The notes beneath the pieces are model-generated. The model had not been told where the DNA came from and ran no database searches. It saw nothing but the letters and a program-made list of their open reading frames with translations. 64,000 nucleotides of DNA from an uncultured delta proteobacterium (lineage in GTDB: Bacteria > Myxococcota_A > Polyangia > Palsa-1104): positions 224,001 through 288,000 of the forward strand of contig CAWAWS010000003.1 of assembly GCA_963785725.1 (NCBI GenBank), written 5' to 3'. Shown one piece after another: positions 57,761-64,000 of the stretch (positions are counted from its first letter, which is position 1; each line of letters opens with the position of its first letter). The position numbers and the translations under genes were made by a program.

Positions 57761-59761
57761 TTACGGCTGGCCGTCGCCAAACACGCGGCCGCTGGGAATC
57801 GGCGCCGGCAAGCTGCGCGCGGGCACGTTCGCGGCCGGCGGCGCATTGACTTGCACTTGGCAGACGCCGCGCAGATATTCCGCCGTCACGGGTAGGTCGA
57901 TCGCTTCGGTCAGGCCGGTCAGCGGCGTCGGATTGGCGAACGCGGTGAAGCCGTCGCCGCCGGCGGTGATGTACGTCGTCGAGATGACGGTGATCGGCGT
58001 CGTCGTGTCGGTCGGATCGAGCGCAATCCACTGTCCGCCCGCGGTCTGCCCGGCGACCCCGCTCGTCGGATCGATCCACGGCGCGCCACTGAACAGCTCC
58101 ATCTTCGTAATCGTGATCTGATTGACGTCGGCATTGGGCGCGTAGTGATAGCGCAGCCCGGCGATCATCATGATCTTCGTGTACGGCTGGCCTTGCCACT
58201 GCTGTAACAAGATCTGCTTCAGCTGCGCCGGCGTCACCGTCACGGCGTCCACGACGTCGGCGAACGGCTGCACCGTCTCCAGCTTCTCGTACGTAATCTT
58301 GCCCGCCAGCGACAGCGGCTCACTGTCGGGATAGAGCCGCGCCGCCTGCACGCCGCCGCGAATTCCGCCGGCGTTCATGAGCGCGATCGTCGGCGCCGCC
58401 GCGGTCGCGCCCGTCCAATGCTGCTGCCCGTACCACAGCATGCCGTCGGCGACGACGTCGCCCATCGGCGACTGCCCGCTGACGGCGTCCGTCGACGGCG
58501 AGAGGTCGACATCGAGCGCGCCTTCGACCACGTCGGCGGTCGCGCGGGTCAGCTGCACATATTGGTTCACCAGCTGATTGACGGCGGGATCGGGCGTCCC
58601 GCGCGTCACCACGTGCTGCGTGGCCACTTTGTGCGTCGTCGTATTGTTATCGAGATCGACGGTCAAATCGAGCGCAGTAATGATGCGACCATAAGAGGCG
58701 GCGCTGGAGACCACTTTGCCGTTGATGACGCAGTTGTAAGCGCGGTGCGTGTGCGCGCTCAAGATGGCGTCGACGGCGGGATCCATGTTCATGGCCATCG
58801 TGTAGACGGGGCCGCTGGTGTCGTTGCATTCGTCGTAAGTCGTGTTGCCCGGCGGCGAGTCGCCTTGGTGCACGAGCACGATGATGGCCGCGGCGCCGGC
58901 CGCTTTGAGCTTGGGCACGAGCGCGTTGACGGTCTGCGTCTCGTCGAGGAAGTCGAGCCCGGCGACGTTCTTGGCGGTGACGATGGCGGGCGTGCCTTCG
59001 AGCGTCATGCCGACGAACGCGATCTTGACGCCGCCCACGGTCTCCATCGCCCACGGCGGGAAGATCGTGGCGCCGCCGTCGGCGAACTCGACGTTGGCGG
59101 CCAAATATTCGAAGCTGGCGCCGGGAAAGCCCATATCGGTGACGCAGCTGTTGGGATCGCCGCTGATGCAGCCGCCGTTCTGATAACGGTCGAGCTCGGT
59201 GAGGCCGTTGTCGAACTCGTGGTTGCCGACGGCGTTGAGCTTGAGGCCCATCAAGTTCCACACGAGCACCGACGGCTCGTTGTGAAACTGCTGCGCCAAC
59301 AGCGGCGACGCGCCCGTCAAATCGCCGGCCGATACGACGACGTTGTTCGGTACTTCGGCTTGCAGCTGCTTCAAGTGCGCGGCGATGTAAGCGGCGCCGC
59401 CGGCTTGCACCAACTGCACGCCGCCGTCGAGCGGCTGGCCCAAATCGCCGACCTCGGGATCGCTCGCTTGCGCGAGGACGCCACCGTTGAAGACGTCGGG
59501 CGGGCCGAGATGGCCGTGAAAGTCGTTGACGGCGAGGACGCGCACCGTCAGTTGATGCGGCGTCGGCGCGGCCAGATCGTCGCCGGCGGACGCGCTCAGA
59601 TCGGCGGGCACGGCCATGTCGGCGACGCCGCCGTTGCCACCGGTCGGCGCGGCTAAATCGTGCGCGGTCGGATGCCCCGGCGACGTCGTGTCATCGCCGC
59701 AGCCGGCGAGCAGGAATCCGCCGGCGAGCGCGGCGGCGAGGAGTCGTGAGCGAGTGAGCAT
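57761..59761 (-). CDS. Bifunctional metallophosphatase/5'-nucleotidase lipoprotein
   Basis: AVNDFHGHL, SAGDLTGASP, GNHEFD, LAANV, LVHQG, SAHTH, MNAGGIR, VQPF, GGDGF. Confidence 0.93.
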   Translation of the reverse strand: MLTRSRLLAAALAGGFLLAGCGDDTTSPGHPTAHDLAAPTGGNGGVADMAVPADLSASAGDDLAAPTPHQLTVRVLAVNDFHGHLGPPDVFNGGVLAQASDPEVGDLGQPLDGGVQLVQAGGAAYIAAHLKQLQAEVPNNVVVSAGDLTGASPLLAQQFHNEPSVLVWNLMGLKLNAVGNHEFDNGLTELDRYQNGGCISGDPNSCVTDMGFPGASFEYLAANVEFADGGATIFPPWAMETVGGVKIAFVGMTLEGTPAIVTAKNVAGLDFLDETQTVNALVPKLKAAGAAAIIVLVHQGDSPPGNTTYDECNDTSGPVYTMAMNMDPAVDAILSAHTHRAYNCVINGKVVSSAASYGRIITALDLTVDLDNNTTTHKVATQHVVTRGTPDPAVNQLVNQYVQLTRATADVVEGALDVDLSPSTDAVSGQSPMGDVVADGMLWYGQQHWTGATAAAPTIALMNAGGIRGGVQAARLYPDSEPLSLAGKITYEKLETVQPFADVVDAVTVTPAQLKQILLQQWQGQPYTKIMMIAGLRYHYAPNADVNQITITKMELFSGAPWIDPTSGVAGQTAGGQWIALDPTDTTTPITVISTTYITAGGDGFTAFANPTPLTGLTEAIDLPVTAEYLRGVCQVQVNAPPAANVPARSLPAPIPSGRVFGDGQP

Positions 59762-60053
59762 CGTGGGCGCACGCTAGTCGACATCGCGTGGCGGGCTCAT
59801 GACGCCTCGGGCAAATCGCGCTTACTTCGGGCGGTGCGACTGCGTGCCAATGGACGGCGGACGCAGCTGTGCGCGCAATGGCGGCTGGCGCGATGAGTTG
59901 TCGACTGCCATGACGTCATCACTCTCTATCCACGTGCAGGCGCCACTCGACGCGCACCGTTTTCACGCGGGCGCGGCCGCGCTACGAGCCGCAATCGCGG
60001 CGAAACCCGCTACCATAGAGGCGACTGGGCGCGCTCGTCCCGAGGTCGAACCG

Positions 60054-61577
60054 ATGTCGAACCCTCCATCCGCCGCGCGATTCGGGAGCTATTGGCTCAC
60101 GCGCTTCGTCCTCTTGCGGCTGCTCGGCTGCGTCTACGCCGTCGCCTTCTTGGCGGCCGCGCGCCAAGTGGTGCCGCTCATCGGCGCGCACGGCCTCTTG
60201 CCGCTCGACTCCTTCTTCGTCGAAGTCCAAAGCGCGCTCGGCTCGAAAGCGGCGGGCTTTCTGCGCATTCCGTCGCTGTTTTGGCTGGCGCACTCCGACG
60301 CGACCTTGCAAGTCGTCGCCTTTATCGGCTGCGCGCTCTCGTGTGTCGTCATCGCCGGCTACGCCAATGCGATCGTCATGACCGTCTTATGGCTGCTCTA
60401 TATGTCCTTCGTCCACGTCGGTCAGGATTGGTACGGCTACGGCTGGGAAATTCAACTGCTGGAAACGGGATTCCTCGCCATCTTCTTATGCCCGCTGCTC
60501 GACGCGCGCCCATTTAGCCCGCGCCCGCCGCCGCTCGTCGTCATTTGGCTCTTTCGTTGGCTCATCTTCCGCATCATGTTCGGCGCCGGTCTCATCAAGC
60601 TGCGCGGCGACGATGCGTGGCGCGATTTGACGGCGCTCTATTATCACTTCGAGACCCAGCCGATTCCCAATCCCCTCAGTCGCTGGTTTCATTTCCTGCC
60701 GCACTGGATCTTGCGCGCCGGCGTCGGCTTCAATCACGTCGCCGAATTGGTCGCGCCTTGGTTCGTCTTTCACCCGCGTCGCGCGCGCCATATCGCCGGC
60801 CTCATCATCGTCGCGTTTCAATCGACCTTGATCGTGAGCGGCAATCTTTCGTTCCTCAATTGGCTGACGATCGTCCCGGCGCTGGCCTGCTTCGACGACA
60901 GCTTTTGGTCCAAAGTCCTGCCGCGCGCGCTCGTCACGAGAATGACCGCGACCTCCGCGAACGCTGTCGCGCCCAGCCGCGCGGCGCGCTCGATCCGCTG
61001 GACGCTCGTCGCCGTCATCGGCGTGCTCAGCATTCAACCGATAGTCAACATGATTTCGTCGCGGCAGATCATGAATACGTCGTTCGATCCGCTCGATCTC
61101 GTCAACACCTACGGCGCATTCGGGACAGTCGGGCGCGAACGATTGAACGTCGTCTTCGAAGGCACCAACGGCGATCCCAATGACCCCAATTCGACATGGA
61201 AAGAATATCCTTATCGCGCGCTGCCGGTGGATATCGATCGGCGGCCGGTGCAAATCGCGCCTTATCAACCGCGGCTCGATTGGCAGATGTGGTTCGCGGC
61301 CATGAGCACGCCCGATCAATATCCGTGGACGCTGCATCTCGTGTGGAAGCTGCTGCACGGCGACGCGGGCGCCATTGGGCTGTTCGCGGCCAATCCGTTT
61401 CCCGACAAGCCGCCACGCCATATTCGCGCCGTCTCTTATCGCTACCGTTTTGCGCGGTCGGACGAGCACCATTGGTGGACGCGCGAACGGCTCGGGCTCT
61501 GGCTTCCCGCCATGTCGATCGACGATCCGCGGCTGCGCGACGCCTTGCACGCGCTCGGCTGGCTCGACGACAAGTAG
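60054..61577 (+). CDS. Lipase maturation factor family membrane protein
   Basis: LIGAHGLLP, GQDWYGYGWEIQLLETGF, GAGLIKLRGD, HFETQPIPNP, SGNLSFLNW, YGAFG, PRLDWQMWF. Confidence 0.93.
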   Translation: MSNPPSAARFGSYWLTRFVLLRLLGCVYAVAFLAAARQVVPLIGAHGLLPLDSFFVEVQSALGSKAAGFLRIPSLFWLAHSDATLQVVAFIGCALSCVVIAGYANAIVMTVLWLLYMSFVHVGQDWYGYGWEIQLLETGFLAIFLCPLLDARPFSPRPPPLVVIWLFRWLIFRIMFGAGLIKLRGDDAWRDLTALYYHFETQPIPNPLSRWFHFLPHWILRAGVGFNHVAELVAPWFVFHPRRARHIAGLIIVAFQSTLIVSGNLSFLNWLTIVPALACFDDSFWSKVLPRALVTRMTATSANAVAPSRAARSIRWTLVAVIGVLSIQPIVNMISSRQIMNTSFDPLDLVNTYGAFGTVGRERLNVVFEGTNGDPNDPNSTWKEYPYRALPVDIDRRPVQIAPYQPRLDWQMWFAAMSTPDQYPWTLHLVWKLLHGDAGAIGLFAANPFPDKPPRHIRAVSYRYRFARSDEHHWWTRERLGLWLPAMSIDDPRLRDALHALGWLDDK

Positions 61578-61630
61578 TTGGCGTCGTTGGTCACAGCGAC
61601 GCCTGCACACATGCACGCACCCATTAGCCG

Positions 61631-61793
61631 CTAGGGGCTGTTCTCAATCAGCTCCCGTCGCCAAGCTTGCTGCGGGCCGCGTCTGCTTCGTTGCTCATCG
61701 CTCAGTTACCGCCAGTAGCTTCGCTCTTCGCGCCTCGCAGCCGCGGCTCCTCGCGGCGCTTGGCTCGGTCCGCCAATTGAGAACAGCCCCTAG
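61631..61793. mobile_element. MITE-like element, 163 bp
   Basis: Perfect 18-bp terminal IR CTAGGGGCTGTTCTCAAT / ATTGAGAACAGCCCCTAG including flanking CTAG; non-coding interior; intergenic. Confidence 0.75.
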
Positions 61794-61860
61794 TCGGAGG
61801 GCGCGCCGGCACGGTATCCTGTAGCCGGCCAGTCGACTCTTTGCGCCGGAGGAGAACGGA

Positions 61861-62253
61861 ATGGGAATCGAGAATCGCAAGACGCCGCGCTATCCCTATC
61901 GCGCGTCGCTGGAGATTCTGACGACGAAGGGGCCGGCGGCGGCGGAGACGGCGCGCGCGGTCAATCTGTCGACGGGCGGCGTCTGCTTCGAGCATCCGCT
62001 GGTGCTGTCGGCGAACGGCAAGATTCGCGTGCGTTTTCCCGCGCCCGAGCCATTCGAGGTCATGGCCGAGGTGCGCCACGCGACGCGCGTGAGCACCGAA
62101 GTCGGCGGCATGGAGCTCGATCCCATTTGGCTCGTGGGCGCGCAGTTCTGCAACGTCGACTACGCGCAGCAGCAGCGGCTCGAAAGCATGATGGCGGCGC
62201 TCGTCGCGGCCGCCGCCGGGCGCGACCTGCCGGACGGGGACGACGATCTGTAG
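61861..62253 (+). CDS. PilZ-domain protein
   Basis: ENRKTPRY (RxxxR), NLSTGG (D/NxSxxG), AEVRH, VGAQF; SD GGAGGAG. Confidence 0.85.
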   Translation: MGIENRKTPRYPYRASLEILTTKGPAAAETARAVNLSTGGVCFEHPLVLSANGKIRVRFPAPEPFEVMAEVRHATRVSTEVGGMELDPIWLVGAQFCNVDYAQQQRLESMMAALVAAAAGRDLPDGDDDL

Positions 62254-62366
62254 CGCCCGCCGAGCGCGAACCCGCGCCGGCGTCTCTCAAAGATTCATTT
62301 CGGCGATGGACGCCAATGGCGGGCGCTAGCAGTGATGGCGGCGAGCGCACTCACGCGCCGTCATTG

Positions 62367-64000
62367 TTATGGGCAGAACGTGACCAAGAACTGCGTATCC
62401 GACGGGCAAGCGCGCAGGCCGTTGGCGTCGTCGTAAGAATAAGCATACGCGCTCGGGCACATCGAATGAACGGCCGCGACATAGCTCGTATGCGTGACCG
62501 AGCGCGGATCGGCGGTATTCCGGCAAGCGTCGGCGGTCATGCAGCCGTTGGCCACCGTGCATTGACCGGTCGAGGGATCGATCGGCGTCGGGCAGCACAT
62601 ATGCAATGCCGGATCGACGCTCTCGGATAAGCCCACGCCCCACGGCGCCGGATAGTTGAGCTTCTTGCACGGCGAAATGCAGCCGATGACGTTGCCGGCG
62701 CTATCGCGGACGCGCTCGTCTTCGGCGCTGTATTGCGGGAACGCGCCGCCCTCGGACAAGTTGTCGCCGCTCGGGCAGCCGTTGACGGACAAGGCCGAGC
62801 AGTCGGTGACGAGGCAGCCGTTCTGACCGGCGCCGTCGCCGACCGGCGTCACTTTGAACGGCAACGTATAGCCGTCGACTTGGCTGATGTTGTAGAACGT
62901 CGCCGCGCTGCCGCCGACGGCCGAATAGGTGACCTCGAACTTGGAGTCGATCGGCGGCTGGCAGCCGTTGGCCGGACAGGGAACGCCGCCGCCTTGACCG
63001 TTGTCGCCGATGGAGCAGTTGTGGCCAGTGCCGTCGCAGCCGAGCTTGGGCCAGAAACGCACGGCCGAGACGCCGGCGGCGGGAATGTTGTAGTCGTGCG
63101 ACGCGCCTTGGCCGAGCTCGATATTCTGCGCGTCGGTGACGGCGGTGTCGTGCGCGATCCAAATGTTCTGGCTGCAGTTGTTGGCGATACGCAGTCGCGT
63201 CGGTAAGGAGCCGACCGTGCCGCCGCCGCCGCCACCCGATGTGCCGCCGCCGCCGCCCGAGCCGCTCGTCGTGCCGCCCATCGAGCAGACCGCGCCCGTG
63301 TTGTTCTTGCACTGCGTATAAATGACTTGGCTCGGGTCATTGAAGCAGGAGCCGTCGGTCGGGCAGCAGTCATAACCGGTGGGGCAGTTGCATGCCGAGA
63401 GCTGCGAGCCGCTGCATTGACCGGTGGTCGTCGTGCCGCCGACTTTGCACGTCGCACCCGTGTTGTTGTTGCACTGCGTATAGACGACTTGGCTCGTGTC
63501 ATTGAAGCAAGAGCCGTCGGTCGGACAGCAATAATAGCCGTTGGGACAATTGCAGGCCGCGACTTCACTGCCGGTGCAGGCCGCGCCGTTGACGGTGCCG
63601 GTCGTCGTCGTGCCACCACCACCGCCGCCGGAGGTCGTGCTCGACGAACCCATCAAGCAGGTGGCGCTGGGATTGTTCGTACACTGTGTGTAAATGACTT
63701 GGCTCGTGTCATTGAAGCAGGAGCCGTCGGTCGGACAACAATAGTAGCCGTTGGGACAATTACAGGCGGACAACTGACTGCCGCTGCATTGCGCGGTCCC
63801 GGTCGTCGCGCCCATCTTGCAAGTGGCGCCCTGATTGTTCGTACATTGCGTGTAGATGACTTGGCTCGTGTCGTTGAAGCAGGAGCCGTCGGTCGGACAG
63901 CAATAATAACCGTTGGGACAGTTGCAGGCGGAGAGCTCGCTCCCGGAACAGGCGGCGCCGTTGACCGCGAGGCTGGCGAGCGCGGCAGGTTGTCCACTCG
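62367..64000 (-). CDS. Thaumatin-family protein with N-terminal Cys-rich repeats (5' end beyond the window)
   Basis: IANNCSQNIW, RFWPKLGC, FYNISQVDGYTLP, CISPCKK, CPSAYAYSYDD, FLVTFCP; at least four CxGSxxxACNCPxGYxCCPTDGSCFND repeats; frame open to the window edge. Confidence 0.85.
   Translation of the reverse strand, partial: SGQPAALASLAVNGAACSGSELSACNCPNGYYCCPTDGSCFNDTSQVIYTQCTNNQGATCKMGATTGTAQCSGSQLSACNCPNGYYCCPTDGSCFNDTSQVIYTQCTNNPSATCLMGSSSTTSGGGGGGTTTTGTVNGAACTGSEVAACNCPNGYYCCPTDGSCFNDTSQVVYTQCNNNTGATCKVGGTTTTGQCSGSQLSACNCPTGYDCCPTDGSCFNDPSQVIYTQCKNNTGAVCSMGGTTSGSGGGGGTSGGGGGGTVGSLPTRLRIANNCSQNIWIAHDTAVTDAQNIELGQGASHDYNIPAAGVSAVRFWPKLGCDGTGHNCSIGDNGQGGGVPCPANGCQPPIDSKFEVTYSAVGGSAATFYNISQVDGYTLPFKVTPVGDGAGQNGCLVTDCSALSVNGCPSGDNLSEGGAFPQYSAEDERVRDSAGNVIGCISPCKKLNYPAPWGVGLSESVDPALHMCCPTPIDPSTGQCTVANGCMTADACRNTADPRSVTHTSYVAAVHSMCPSAYAYSYDDANGLRACPSDTQFLVTFCP

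Noticed and set aside
1..64000. tRNA, rRNA or known riboswitch
   Set aside because: No cloverleaf, rRNA signature or recognisable Rfam motif seen by eye; an Infernal scan is needed to exclude small RNAs.

Overview
GC-rich bacterial chromosomal window, inferred to be Myxococcota (Polyangia-like) from its four Hanks-type Ser/Thr kinases, an FHA-sigma54 activator, a MYXO-CTERM tail and many lipoproteins. It holds about 55 protein genes. I recognised no rRNA, tRNA or true CRISPR array. Main blocks: (i) a signalling island at 0.8-8.7 kb, with a secreted truncated-haemoglobin/cupredoxin fusion coupled to a membrane kinase, an FHA-bEBP, a second kinase and an ECF sigma; (ii) secreted hydrolases (PAP-type phosphatase, GH18, GH92, GH5, 5'-nucleotidase, thaumatin-like); (iii) a complete STM4011-STM4015-type radical SAM/ATP-grasp operon with an extra HAD gene and a WGR fusion; (iv) an orphan PD-(D/E)XK-like nuclease next to a perfect 28-bp palindrome; (v) arrays of a TTAGCCRCCGTA repeat around a duplicated SMP-30-like gene pair; (vi) an ISAzo13-type IS with a TTA duplication that splits a double serine-hydrolase gene, and a 163-bp MITE. 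The strongest candidate for a new system is at 55.1-56.9 kb: a small Cys-rich peptide gene translationally coupled to a fusion of an RRE-like domain, a LanD-type (HFCD) flavoprotein and a SAM methyltransferase, suggesting a compact RiPP-type pathway. All family calls come from motifs read by eye, no searches were run, and several start codons are my estimates.
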